From the human T2T-CHM13v2.0 reference genome, Homo sapiens, in the NCBI RefSeq assembly GCF_009914755.1, contig NC_060942.1: DNA of 64,000 nucleotides; one strand, written 5' to 3'. Numbering within the stretch: position 1 is the stretch's first letter; every line of letters starts with the position of its first letter. The translations under genes and the position numbers were made by a program. The notes beneath the pieces were generated by a model. The model was not told the origin of the DNA, searched no databases, and saw only the letters and a program-made list of their open reading frames with translations. This document shows positions 1 through 18,876 of the stretch, piece by piece.

Positions 1-1184
1 GGGAGCACCCCCATGACTTGGCTTCCTGCCCAACACATCACACCACAACCTGTGAATAACTCATCTTCCCCAACACATTATAACCTCTGAGGGGCCAGAT
101 TATGTATTTTCATGGCCCCCATTCCAGGCCTGGCACGTGGATACATATTTACTGACAGATGGACCCCTACTTCAGCATCCCTGTAAGCCTGGAATTAATT
201 CCAGGAGGTGGGTACTAAGCAAGATAATGTTTAACCAAAATGCAGATTCTAGCACCTCCCCTGAACCCTAAGATATTGGGATTCAGTAAGTGATGGGGTA
301 TCTGCATTTTTACCTGCATCGCAAATGACTTAAGAAGGCCAATTCTCCTGGCTATCTGAAGAACTGAAGGAGGTGGGTAGACAGAGGGGGTCTCAGCACA
401 GGAATTTGAGTAGAATTCACGTAGAAGCCCAGGACATGATTGCATGAGTGGCCATGGGTCAGTGTGCAGCTTGCAAATCCAGTCACTGTAAGGCCTTATC
501 CTAGAAAGGCCCTGACGGGGACTGGGGTTGCGGGGGTGGGGATTGAGGCAGGTGGCTACCATCTGTCAAGAGCAGCAGCAGACCTGCAGCTGGCTCCATG
601 GCTTCTGTGGCCCATGCCCACCCTCCCTCCTTACCATCACAGCAGTCGCCCAAATGGCTCAGAGAGGAGCTCATGGGAACCCCACTTACTGTTGACACTG
701 GGGGAAAAGAATGGAAATATGATTTGGCATAACTTGAGGGACGTATAAATGGTTTGTGCCTTTCACACCCCAAAAACTTCAATTTACCTCCCTCATGAAT
801 GTCTTAGAAGCTTCTGCATTCTTTAAGAAAACTCTAGTTTTTACATAAATTTAATATTGACCATATAATTCAACATTCAATTTTATGTTATCTGGTATCA
901 CCTGCCACCTGGGTGGAGGGTCTTATTTGCTCAGCAAGATGGGAAACTCTAAAGTCAAAGACCTCATCTTATAATTACTTGAACACAACATACTTTGGAG
1001 ACCAAACATATTACTGAGCACAGGATATCCGTGCTGCTTGATTCACTTACTATTTGAACTCCTGGTTCTGAGACTGTTATCCGAGGAGAATAAAAGGGTG
1101 CTGGATGGGCTTCCATGGAGAGATGGAAACTGTCTGAGTGTTAAGGGCTCAGGCTAGGGAGGAGACAAAACTCTTCTTCTGAAA

Positions 1185-1340
1185 GTTTCATAGCTTTAGC
1201 TCTTATATTTAGGTCTTTGATCCACTTTGAGTTATTTTTTGTATATGGTAGTAGAGTCCCCAATCTTCTGCAAGTGGATATTCAGTTGCCCCAGCACTAT
1301 TTATTGAAAAGACTATTCTTTTTTGCATATGGGATTGTTT
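1185..1340 (-). mobile_element. Old L1 (L1M-type) ORF2 3' fragment
   Basis: TTTAGGTCTTTGATCCACTTTGAGTTA...CCCAGCACTATTTATTGAAAAGACTATTCTTT resembles the antisense L1 ORF2 3' region; boundaries approximate. Confidence 0.65.
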
Positions 1341-1593
1341 TTCAGAATCCAGAAAAATCTTTAGTTCACATTCCTCTTGCTTTAAGGTAGTATTTCCATA
1401 ACTCATCAGTCATGGATCTTAAATACATATCCAAAAGAAAAAATTTTAAATAAGAAAAAGTCACATGATCCAATGAGATCCAGGTACATTAAGCCAAATA
1501 AAGTTTAACATCTTTCATTAGCATTGGCTTCTCAAAGACTTTAATGCCAGTGTGCTTTTAATGAATCACTTATCCTTCTTTTATCAGAGAAGG

Positions 1594-1595
<2 letters not shown>

Positions 1596-1629
<34 letters not shown>
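1596..1629. repeat. (GT)17 microsatellite
   Basis: Uninterrupted GT dinucleotide run. Confidence 0.95.
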
Positions 1630-1631
<2 letters not shown>

Positions 1632-1959
1632 ACATATTAACATCTCTACGAGTACACTTCCAAACACCTCGAGTTTTGGAATCATTCTTTTGCAAGAGTA
1701 GACTTACTGACTTGAATGCTATTGGATTGTTTTAATTTCATCTTGGAGAGTTCGGCTAACAGGATGGTTGGGGTGTGTGTGTTTTGTAGACTTGTAGCTT
1801 TTATCTTCAACCAGGTCAGAGCAGAAATAACACAGTAACCTATGAATTCCTCTGGGGTGTTTTTTAGCAACTGAATGTAGAAGCCACAATTTTAGTTTGT
1901 TTCTGAACTGTCCATTTTTTTAAACTTAAATATTAAGGTGTGTGTTGTTGTTTTGTTTT

Positions 1960-2156
1960 GCTTTTTGAAAGTGTGGTCCAAGAACCACCTGAATCAGACT
2001 CACTTGGATGTAGTTAAAAAGCGCAGATCCCTAAGGCCCCTTCAGACCTAATAGTCAGAAACACTGGGGCTGGAGCCCAGACTGCACCCCTCCCCCCGCC
2101 CCGCCCCGCCCAGGATCCCTGGTGATTCCTGTGCATATCGAAGTTTGAAAAGCATG
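1960..2156. mobile_element. MER5-like hAT-Charlie DNA transposon remnant
   Basis: AAAGTGTGGTCC...GAATCAGA...GCAGATCC...TCAGAA...GGTGATTCC...AAGTTTGAAAAGCA pattern typical of MER5A/B. Confidence 0.55.
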
Positions 2157-5089
2157 CTTTTCCTTGAAATTAAGAGACAGTGAACCCAGTTGTCTGCAAA
2201 GAGATAGGGGACAGAAACTTACATGTACCTAGGACGAAGATGGCTCTTTCTGTACCTTTGTCCCTTCCCTTCATCTGCACTGCCCACCTTCTGTGCCCTT
2301 TTGCATGCTCACACATCCTTCTGTATGATCAACGGACTTGGGCACGCTGCACACTCCTTGGCGTATGAAACTTTCACACTGTCAGCAGAGGGCGCCAGAG
2401 ACCCTCCAAAAGCCACGGAATGCTCCATTTGCTCGTTGCCCTCCTTTTGCATTCCAGGCTTTTGCATTCTATTCTAGGCATCTAGTTTTCCAGGCTTAGG
2501 CCTGTCCCCCACCTCACTGATTCTCAAAGGGACATTGGATCTCAGGAGAGTGCACAGCTTCTAAGAAACGCACTTATTGTGGGGCCTGGAAATTTATTTA
2601 ATGCCTCTGAGCCCAAATTTCACATCCTAACAAGGAACTAATTTATTAGCCTGTTACTGTAGTTCTTTTAATGGTTAAATGAGGTAACAGGTGAATGTGC
2701 CCATGAAGGTCAGCAGCCCAGTGACTGCCAGCACCCTGCCACTGCCACCACTGGTGCAAGTGTAAGCATGGACACTGGCAACCCTGCTCCCACCTGCACC
2801 CTGCCACAGGTACAAGTGCACACAGGAATGCAGCAGCTCGACTTCTGCTGGTACCCCAACCCCACCAAGGCATAAGCACCCTGCGGCGCTGCCACAGGTG
2901 CCAGAACACGTGAGTGAGCACAGATCCTGCTGCCACCGCCCCAAAGAAGCACTTTGTCTGGCACCACCCATCAGAGGGTTGTGGCTAATGGACCAGGAAC
3001 ACCTTGGACCCTCTGATGCAGCAGGTTCCCAATCTCACGGGGCCAGATAACAAAGCTGGGGTCCTGGTACCAACTCCCCAGACTTAGAGTCCACCAGGAG
3101 TGCTGAGCTGAGCCGTGGCCCCTAAAATCTTCCAGAAATGAACCCAGTCAACTGAACCTACCTTATACCGCAATGAAACCCCCAAGGGCAGCAAAGAAGA
3201 GAAAAGCAAAGAAAAAAACATGCATCGAAAGGACAGCAACTTCAGAGGTTGAGGGAACATCATCCCACACAGATAAGAAGGAATCAGCACAAGAACTCTG
3301 GCAACTCAAAATGCCAGAATGTTTTCTTACCTCCAAATGACCACACAAGTTCCCCAGCAATGGTCCCTACCTGGGGCTGAAATGACAGAAAAAGAATTCA
3401 GATTACCGACAGGAACAGAGAACATTATCATTGACATCCAGGAGAAAGTTGAAACCCAATCCAAGGAATCTAAGGAATATAATAAAACAATACAGGAGAT
3501 AACATATGAAATGGCATTTTGAGGAAGAACCAAACTGATCTGATAGACCTGAAAAACTCACTTCAAGAATTTCATAATACAATCACGAATATTAACAGCA
3601 GAATCAACCAAGCTGAGGAAAGAATCTGAGAGTTTGAAGCCCAGTTCTACAAAATAGACAAAAATAAAGAAAAAACAATAAAGAAGAATAAACAAAACCT
3701 CCGAGAAATATGGGATTATGTAAAGAGACCAAATCTACAACTCCCTGGCATCCCTGAAAGAGAGAAAGAAAGAGAGAGAGCACGCACATGAGAGCGAGCA
3801 AGCACAGATCACAAGCAACTTGGAAAACATTTAAGGATATCATCCATGAAAATTTCCCCAACCTCACTAGACAGGCCAATGTTCAAATTCAGGAAATGCA
3901 GAGAACCCTTGCAAGATACTATACAAGATGACCACCCCCAAGATACATAGTCATCAGATTCTTCAAGGCCAAAATGAAAAACAAAATGTTAAAGGCAGCT
4001 AGAAAGAAGGAGCAGGTCACCTACAAACGGAATCCCACTAGGCTAATAGTGGATCTTTCAGCAGAAGCTCTACAAGCCAGAAGCAATTGGGGAGCCTGTA
4101 TTCAGCATTCTTAAAGAAAATAAATTCCAATCAAGAATTTTACAGGCAGTCTAACTAAACTTCATAAGCAAAGGAAAAATAAGACCCTTTTTAGACAGGC
4201 AAATGCTCTTGGAATTCATTACCACCAGACCTGCCTTACAAGAGATCCTTAAGGGAATGCTGAATGTGGAAAGGCCATCACTGGCAACTGCAAAAACACA
4301 TTTAGGTACTGAGACCATTGACACCATAAAGCAACCACACAATCAAGTCTGCATAATAACCAGCTAACAACAGAATGCCAGGATCAAATCCACACATATA
4401 AATATCAATCTTGAATGTAAATAGGCTAAATGCCCCAATTAAAAGGCATAGAGTAGCAAGCTAGATAAAGAAGTAAGACCAAAGTATATGCTGTCTTCAA
4501 GAGACCCATCTCACATGCAATGGCATTCATAGGCTCAAAGTAAAGGGATGGAGAAAAATCTACCAAGCAAACAGAAAATAGAAAAAAGCAGAGGTTGCTA
4601 TTCTAATTTCAGATAAAATAGTCTTAAAACCAAAAATAATTTTAAAAAGACAAAGAACATTACATGATAGTAAAGGGGTTCAATTAACCAAGAAGACCTA
4701 ACTATCCTAAATAGACATGCCCCCAACACAAGGGCACCTAGATTCATAAAGCAAGTTTTTAGAGACCTATGAAGAGATTTAGATAACTGCACAATAATAG
4801 TGGGAGACTTCAACATCCCACTGAAAGTATTAGACATACCATCAAGGCAGAAAACGAACAAAGACATTCAGGACTCAATCTCGACACCTGACCAAATGGG
4901 CCTAACAGACATCTACAGAAGTCTCCACCCAAAAACAGCAGAATATACATTCTTCTCAGCTGCACATGGCACATACTCTAAAATCAATCACACAACCAAC
5001 CATGAAACAACCCTCATCAAATTCAAAAAATCCGAAATCATACCAAACACATTATCAGATCACAGAGCAATAAAATAAAAATCAATAGG

Positions 5090-5396
<307 letters not shown>

Positions 5397-6428
5397 CTAC
5401 TGACATGAAGAGCCAAGATGGCCGAATAAGAACAACTTCAGTCTACAGCTCCCAGTGTGAGCGACGCAGAAGACGGGTGATTTCTGCATTTCCAACTGAG
5501 GTAGCAGGTTCATCTCACTGGGGAGTGTCGGAAAGTGGATGCGGGACAGTGAGTGCAGCGCACCGAGCATGAGCCAAAGCGGGGCAAGGCATTGCCTCAC
5601 CTGGGAAGTGCAAGGGGTCAGGGAATTCCCTTTCCTAGTCAAAGAAAGGGGTGACAGACAGAACCTGGAAAATCGGGTCACTCCCACCCTAATACTGTGC
5701 TTTTCCAAAGGTCTTAGCAAACGGCACACCAGGAGATTATATCCCGTGCCTGGCTCCGAGGGTCCTACGTCCATGGAGCCTCACTCATTGCTAGCACAGC
5801 AGTCTGAGATCAAACTGCAAGGCGGCAGCGAGGCTGGGGGAGGGGCGCCCGCCATTGCTGAGGCTTGAGTAGGTAAACAAAGCAGCCGGGAAGCTGGAAC
5901 TGGGTGGAACCCACTGCAGCTCAAGGAGGCCTGCCTGCCTCTGTAGACTCCACCTCTGGGGGCAGGGCATTGCCAAACAAAAGGCAGCAGAATCCTCTGC
6001 AGACTTAAATGTTCCTGTCTAACAGCTTTGAAGAGAGTAGTGGTTCTCCCAGCATGCAGCTGGAGATGTGAGAATGGACAGACTGCCTCCTCAAGTGGGT
6101 ACCTAACCCCCGAGTAGCCTAACTGGGAAGCACCCCCCAGTAGGAGCAGACTGACACTTCACACGGCTGGGTACTCCTCTGAGACAAAACTTCCGGAGGA
6201 ACGATCAGGCAGCAACATTTGCTGTTCACCAATATCCACTGTACTGCAGCCTCCACTGCTGATACTCAGGAACAGGGTCTGGTATGGACCTCTAGCAAAC
6301 TCCAACAGACCTGCAGCTGAGGGTCCTGACTGTTAGAAGGAAAACTAACAAACAGAAAGAACATCCCCACCAAAACCCCATCTGTATGTCACCATCATCA
6401 AAGACCAAAGGTAGATAAAAGCACAAAG

Positions 6429-7441
6429 ATGGGGAAAAAACAGAACAGAAAAACTGGAAACTCTAAAAAGAGTGCCTCTCCTCCTCCAAAGGAATGCAAC
6501 TCCTCATCAGCAATGGAATAAAGCTGGATGGAGAATGACTTTGACAAGTTGAGAGAAGAAGGCTTCAGACGATCCAACTACTCCAAGCTAAAGGAGGAAG
6601 TTCGAACCCATGGCAAAGAAGTTAAAAACCTTGAAAAAAAATTAGATGAATGGATAACTAGAACAACCAATGCAGAGAAGTCCTTAAAGGACCTGATGGA
6701 GCTGAAAACCAAGGCATGAGAACTATGTGACGAATGCACAAGCCTCAGTAGCTGATGTGATCAACTGGAAGAAAGGGTATCAGTGATGGAAGATCAAATG
6801 AATGAAATGAAGTTAGAGAGAAGTTTAGAGAAAAAAGAATAAAACTAAACGAACAAAGCCTCCAAGAAATATGGGACTGTGTGAAAAGACCAAATCTACA
6901 TCTGGTTGGTGTACCTGAAAGTGACGGGGAGAATGGAACAAAGTTGGAAAACACTCTGCAGGATATTATCCAGGAGAACTTCCCCAATCTAGCAAGGCAG
7001 CCCAACATTCAAATTCAGGAAATACAGAGAACGCCACAAAGATACTCCTCGAGAAGAGCAATTCCAAGACACATAATTGTCAGATTCACCAAAGTTGAAA
7101 TGAAGGAAAAAATGTTAAGGGCAGCCAGAGAGAAAGGTCGGGTTACCCACAAAGGGAAGCCCATCAGACTAAAAACTGATTTCTCAGCAGAAACTCTACA
7201 AGCCAGAAGAGAGTGGGGGCCAATATTCAACATTCTTAAAGAAAAGAATTTTCAACCCAGAATTTCATATCCAGCCAAACTAAGCTTCATAAGTGAAGGA
7301 GAAATAAAATACTTTACAGACAAGCAAATGCTGAGAGATTTTGTCACCACCAGGCCTGCTCTAAAAGAGCTCCTGAAGGAAGCACTAAACATGGAAAGGA
7401 ACAAACAGTACCAGCCACTGCAAAAACATGCGAAATTGTAA
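6429..7441 (+). pseudogene. L1 ORF1p (RNA-binding chaperone), disrupted
   Basis: Fragments MENDFDKLREEGFRR (6528-6719) and KRPNLHLVGVPESDGENG...PLQKHAKL (6881-7441) separated by stops/frameshifts. Confidence 0.9.
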
Positions 7442-7504
7442 AGACCATTGAGGCTAGGAAGAAACTGCATCAATTAACGAGCAAAATAACCAGCTAACAT
7501 CATA

Positions 7505-11314
<3,810 letters not shown>

Positions 11315-13287
11315 ACAATGAGAACACATGGACACAGGAAGGGGAACATCATACACCGGGGCCTGTTGTGGGGTGGGGGGAGGGGGGAGGGATAGCATTT
11401 GGAGATATACCTAATGTTAAATGACTAGTTACTGGGTGCAGCACACCAACATGACACACGTATACATGTGTAACTAACCTGCAGGTTGTGCACATGTACC
11501 CTAAAACTTAAAGTATAATAAAAAAAACTACTAAGAAAATTGCTCAAAACCATACAATTACATGAAAATTAAACAACTAAACAACCTGCTCCTAAATGAC
11601 TTTGGAGTACACAATGAAATTGAGGCAGAAATCAAGAAATTATTTCAAACTAATGAGAGCAAAGATACAACATACCAGAATTTCTGGGACACACCTAAAA
11701 CAGTGTTAAGAGGAAATTTTATAGCATTATCTTATGTCAAAAAGTTAGAAAGATCTCAAATTAACAACTTAATTCACATCAAGAAGAACTAGAGAAACAA
11801 GAGCAAACCAACCCCAAAGTTACAGAAGACAAGAAATAACTAAAATTAGAGCTGAACTGAAGTAAACTGAGATGTGAAAAACCACACAAAAGGTCAACAA
11901 ATCCAGGAGTTAGTTATTTGAAAGAATAAATAAGATTAATAGACTGTTAGCTAGATGAATTAAAAAAGAGAAGATCTAAATAAACACAATCAGAAATAAC
12001 AAAGGGAGATTACCGTCAACCCCACAGAAATGCAAAAATTAAACCCTCCAACACTGCTATGAACATTTCTAGGCACACAACCTACAAAACATGAAACAAT
12101 GGATAAATCCCTGGAAACATACAATCTCCCAAGATTCAACCAGGAAGAAACTGAATCTCTGAAGAGACCAATAGCAAGTTCCGAAATTGAATCAGTAATA
12201 AGAAGCCTGCCAACCAGAAAAAGCCCAGAACCAGATGGATTCACTAGTGAATTCTACCAGATGTATATAAAGAAAGAGGGGGTACCATTCCTACTTAAAC
12301 TATTCCAACAAATAAGGAGGAGGGACTCCTCCACAACTCATTCAATGAGCCCAGCATTATCCTGATAGCAAAACCTGGCAGAGACACAACAAAAAGAGGA
12401 AACTTCAAGCCAATATCTTTGATGAACATAAATGCAAAAATACTCAACAAAATACTAGCAAACTGAATCCACTAGCACATCAAAAGGCTAATCCACCATG
12501 ATCAAGTAGGCTTTATCCCTGAGATGCAAGTTTGGTTCAACACATGTAAATCAATAAATGTGATTCTTCACATAAACAGAACTAAAAACAAAAACCACAT
12601 GATCATCTCAATAGATGCAGAAGTCTTTCAATAAAATCCATTATATCTTCATGTTTAAACCCCTTGACGAACTAAGCATTAATGAAACATACCTCAAAAT
12701 AACAAGAGCCATCTATGACAAACCCATAGCCAACATCATACTAAATAAGCAAAAGCTGGAATGATTCCCTTTGAGAAACAGAGCAAAAAAGGGATGCTTC
12801 TCACTGCTCCTATTCAACATAGTACTGGAAGTCCTAGCCAGAGCAAATAGGCAAGAAAAAGAAATAAAAGGCATTAATAGAAAAAGAGAAGAATTCAAAC
12901 TATCTCTGTTTGAAGATGGTATGATTTTATACCTCGAAAACCCCATGGTTGCTGCCCAAAATCTCCTATTTCTGATTTTAAAAACTTCAGCAAAGTTTCA
13001 GCATACAAAAATTATGTACAAAAGTAGCATTTCTGTACACCAACAATGTCTAAGCTGAGAGTCAAATCAAGAATGCGATCCCATTCACAATAACGACAAA
13101 AAGAATAAAATATCCAGGAATACACTTAACAAGGGAGGTGAAAGATCCTACAATGAGAATCACAAAACACTGCTCAAAGAAATCAGAGATGACACAAACA
13201 AATGGAAAAACTTTCCATGCTCATGGATAGGAAGAATCAATAGTTAGAATAACCATACTGCTCAAAGCAGTGTATAGACTCAATGCT

Positions 13288-15704
13288 TGTATTAGTCTAT
13301 TCTCACATTGCTATAAAGAAATACCTAAGACTGGGTAATTTCTAAAGAAAAATGGGTTTAATTGGCTCACAGTTCTGCAGGCTGTACAGGAAGCATGGCA
13401 GCATCAGCTTCTGTGTAGGCCTCAGGGAGATTTTACTCATGGCAGAAGGCAAAGCAGGAGCAGACATCTTACATGGCAGGAGAAGGACCGAGACAGAGTG
13501 AGGAGGTGCCACGCACTTTTAAACAACCAGATCTCATGAGAACTCACTATTGTGATGACAGCTCCAAGGAGGATGGTGTTAGACCATGAGAAACCACCCT
13601 CATGATCCAATCACCTTCCACCAGGCCCCACCTCCAACACTGGGGATTACATGTTGAATCATGAGATTTGGACAGGGACTCAGATCCAAATCATATCATT
13701 CCATCCCTGGCCCCTCTCAAACCTCATATCCTTCTCACATTGAAAAATCCCATCATGCCTTCCCAACATTCCTGCAAAGTCTTAACTCATTCCAGCATTA
13801 ACTCAAAAGTCCAAAGTCCAAAGTCTCATCTGAGACAAGGCTAGTCGCTTCTGCCTATTAGCCTGTAAAATGAAACACAAATTAGTTATTTCCAAGATAC
13901 AATGGATATATAGGCATTGGGTAAATACTCTCATTCCAAAAGGGAGAGATCAGCCAAAAGAAAGGGTGACTAGGCCTCCTGCAATTCTAAAACCCAGCAG
14001 GGGAGTCATGGGAAGATCCATCCCTGTGGGCTCACAGGGCAGGTTTATCCCTGTGGCTTTGCAGTGTTCAGCCTGCATGGCTGCTCTTAAGGGCTGGTGT
14101 TGAGTGTTTGCAGCTTTTCCAGGTACATAGTGCAAGCCTTTGGTGGGTCTACAATTCTGGGGTCTGGAGGATGGTGACCCTTTTCTCACAGCTTGACTAG
14201 GCAGTGCCCCAGGGGGTCTATGTTGGGGGGGGTCCAACCCCACATTTCCATTCCACACTGCCTTAGCAGAGGTTTTCCATGAGGGCTCTTCCTCTGCAGC
14301 AGGCTTTTCCATACATCCTATGAAATCTAGGTGGAGGCTCTCAAGCCTTAACTCTTGCTCTCTGTGCACCTGCAGGCTTAACACCACATGGAAGCCACCA
14401 AGGCTTCTAGCTTGCACCCTCTGAAGCAGTGGCCCAAGGTGTACCTGGGTCCTTTTTAGCCACAGCTGAAGCTGGAGTAACTGGGATACACGGTCCAGTG
14501 TCTCAAGACTGTGCAGGGCTGCAGTGCCCTGGGCCTGGCTCATGAAACCATTCTTTCCTCCTAGGCCTGGCTCATGAAACCATTCTTTCCTCCTAGGCCT
14601 CTGGGCCTGTGATGGGAGGGGCTGCTGCAAAGGTCTCTGAAATGCCTGAGGCCTTTTCCCCCATTGTCTCGGCTGTTGTGATTTGGCTCCATTCCACTTA
14701 TGCAAATTTCTGTAGCCTGCTTGAATTCCTCCCCATGAAAATGGGCTTTTCTTTCCTACCACATTGCCAGGCTGCAAATTTTCTGAACTTTTACACTCTG
14801 CTTCCCTTTTAAATATAAGTTCCAGTTTCAGGTCGTTTCTTTGCTCACACATTGAGCATAGGTTATTAGAAACAGCCAGGCTACTTCTTGAATGCTTTAC
14901 TATTTGGAAATGTCTTCCCCCAGATAACCTAAATCATCACTCTCAAGTTCAAAGTTCCATAGATCCCTAGAGAAGGATCACAATACACCCAGGCTCTTTG
15001 CTAAAGCACAACAAAAGTGACCTTTACTCCAGTTCCCAATAAGTTCCTAATTTTCATCTGAGACCTCCTCAGCCTGGACTTCATTGTCCATATCACTCTT
15101 AGCATTTCAGTCACAACAATTTAACACGTCTCTAGAAAATTTCAAATTTTCCCTCACCGTTCTGTCTTCTTCTGAGCCCTCCACACTCTTCCAACCTCTG
15201 CCCATTACCCAGTTCCAAAGTTGTTTCCACATTTTGAGATATCTTTATAGCAATGCCCCAGTCCTTGGTACCAATTTTCTGGATTTGTTTATTTTCACAT
15301 TGCAATAAAGAAATATCTGAGACTGGTTAATTTATAAGAAAAGAAGTTTAATTGGCTCATGATTCTACAGGCTGTATAGGAAGCATGGTGGCATCTGCTT
15401 CTGAGGAGGCCTCAGAGAGCTTTTACTCATGGCAGAAGGCAAAGCAGGAGTAGGTGTTTTACACGGCAGTAGCAGGAGCGAGAGGGAGAGGGGGAGGTGC
15501 CACATACTTTTAAACATACTTTTAAACAACCAGATCTCATGAGAACTCACTATCATGATGACAGCACCAGGAGTGGATGGTGTTAAACCATAAGAAACTG
15601 CTCCCATGATGCAATCATCTCCCACTAGGCCCCATCTCCAACATTGGGGATTGCATTTTAACATGTAAAATGTTTGGATGGGGACACAGATCCAAACCAT
15701 ATGA
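13288..15704. mobile_element. Full-length MST-family MaLR LTR element (LTR-internal-LTR)
   Basis: LTR 13288-13698 (TGTATTAGTC...CAAATCATATCA), internal ~13699-15279, second LTR 15280-15704; degenerate 5-bp TSD ATGCT/ATATT; interrupts L1 ORF2 sequence TCAATGCT|ATTCCTATC. Confidence 0.88.
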
Positions 15705-16979
15705 ATATTATTCCTATCAAACCACCAATGACATTGTTCATAGCATTAGAAAAAAAACTATTTTAAAATTCATAGGGAACAAAGAAAGAGCCTGAATAGC
15801 CAAGACAAGCCTAAGCAAAAAGAACAAAGCTGGAGACATCACATTACCCTACTTCAAATACTTTGGCAAACTAGACTTTGGTTACAAGCCTACAGTAACC
15901 AAAACAGCATGGTACTGGTATAAAAACAGACACATAGATTGATGGAACAGAATAGAGAGCCCAGAAATAATGCTTCACACATACACCATCTGGTCTTTGA
16001 CAAAAGCCAAAAGTCAACAGAAACAAGAAATGGAGAAAGGACTCCCTATTCAATAAATGGTACTAGGATAACTAGCTAAGTGCAGAAGATTGAAACTGGA
16101 CCCCTTCCTTTATCATGTACAAAAATCAATTCAAGATGGATTAAAGGCTTAAATGTAAAACCTAAAACTATAAAAACCCTGGAAGATAACCTAGGAAATA
16201 TCCTTCTGGACATAGGCCCTGGCAAAGATTTTATGAAAAAGGTGTCAAAAGCAGTTGCAACAAAAACAAAAATTGACTAGCAGGACCTAATTAAACTAAA
16301 GATCTTCTTCACAGCAAAAGAAATTACCAAAATAATAAACAGACAACCCATGTAATGGAAGAAAATATTTGCAAACTATACATCAGACAAAGGTCTAATA
16401 TCCAGAATACATAAGAAACTTAAACAATTAATAGGCAAAAAACTCCATTAAAAAGTGGGCAAAGGACATGAAGAGACAATTTTCAAAAGACCTACACATG
16501 ACCAACAAGCATATGAAAAAATGCTCAACATCACTAATCATTGGAGAAATGCACATCAAAACCACAAGAAAATGCTATCTCCCACCCCACAATAACTATT
16601 ATTAAGTCAAAAAATAACAGATGCTGGAAAGGTTGCAGGAAAAAGGGAACACCTATACACTGCCAATGGGAATGTAAATTAGTTCAGCCACTGTGGAAAG
16701 CAGCGCGACAATTTCTCAAAAAACTTAAAAAAGAATTATCACTGGACCCAGAAATTCCACTATTAGATATATACTGAAAGGAATATAAATTATTCTACCA
16801 TAAAGACACATGCACAGATATGTTCATCGCAGTACTATACACAATAGCAAAGACATGGAATCAATCTAAATGCCCATCAATAGTTGACTGGATAAAGATA
16901 ATGTGATACATATATACAATGGAATACTATGCAGCCATAAAAAGAAATAAGATCATGTCCTTTGCAGCAAGATGTATGA

Positions 16980-17295
<316 letters not shown>

Positions 17296-18015
17296 GCTAG
17301 AGGCCATTATGTTAAGCAAACTAACACAGGAACAGAAAACCAAATGCTGCATGTTCCCAGTTATAATTGGGAGCTAACCATTGAGTACACATAGACATAA
17401 AGAAGGGAAGAGACAATGGGGCCTTCCTGAAGGTGGAGAGTGGGAGAAGGGAGAAGATCAAAAAACTACCTACCAAGTACTATGCTTATTACCTGGGTGA
17501 CAAAATAATCTGTACACCAAACCCCTGTGGCACACAATTTACCTATGCAACAAACCTCTACATGTATCCTGAACCTAAAATAAGTTAGAATTTTTTTAAA
17601 AATGAGATAACAGAGGTGAAGCTCTTTGATCAGCTCCTGTTACTTTACCATAAGGCAATGATTTGCATTTCTAGAAAACCAGAAACCTTGAATTACAAAA
17701 ATAATGTTGTAATTTTGTAATTTAAAATAAATTTTAAATTTTATCATTAACAAATTATTAACAAATCTAAGTTCAGTCATGGCTGTCTTTCATCCGTATA
17801 CTCAGAATCCTTCCATTTCCTCCATAATTTTTGGCCTTAACCTTGTAATTTTGCTGGCAGCACCAATGGTGAGCAGAAGAGCACAGGTTACAAAAGAGAG
17901 TCTCCCTCCAACAGATCAGCTCCATTCTCATGCTTTACACTCCACTCACTCAGCTTTCTTTCTCTACATTATGCTCATCAATTTTTAAAAATATGTAGTT
18001 AAAATTTTGTTCCCT

Positions 18016-18657
<642 letters not shown>

Positions 18658-18733
18658 TGTTCCCTAATTAATTGTGCTATAATTAGCACTATGAAAATTT
18701 ATTCTGTGAAGACAATTATTGTAATAGGTACTC

Positions 18734-18876
18734 TGGTGGTGATGGTGGAGGTGGAGCTGGTGGTGGAATTGATGGTGATGGTGGAGCTGGTGGTGGCATT
18801 GGTGGTGGTGAAGCTGGTGGTGGCATTGGTAGTGGTGGTGGTGGTGGTGGTGGTGGTGGTGGTAGTGGTGGAGGTG
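18734..18876. repeat. Imperfect (GGT)n trinucleotide repeat
   Basis: GGTGGTGATGGTGGAGGTGG... run with a perfect (GGT)n core near 18832-18863. Confidence 0.9.

Noticed and set aside
13950-14852. 300-aa ORF on the minus strand
   Set aside because: Lies wholly within the MST internal region and includes the 32-bp duplication; a decayed MaLR internal frame, not a host gene.
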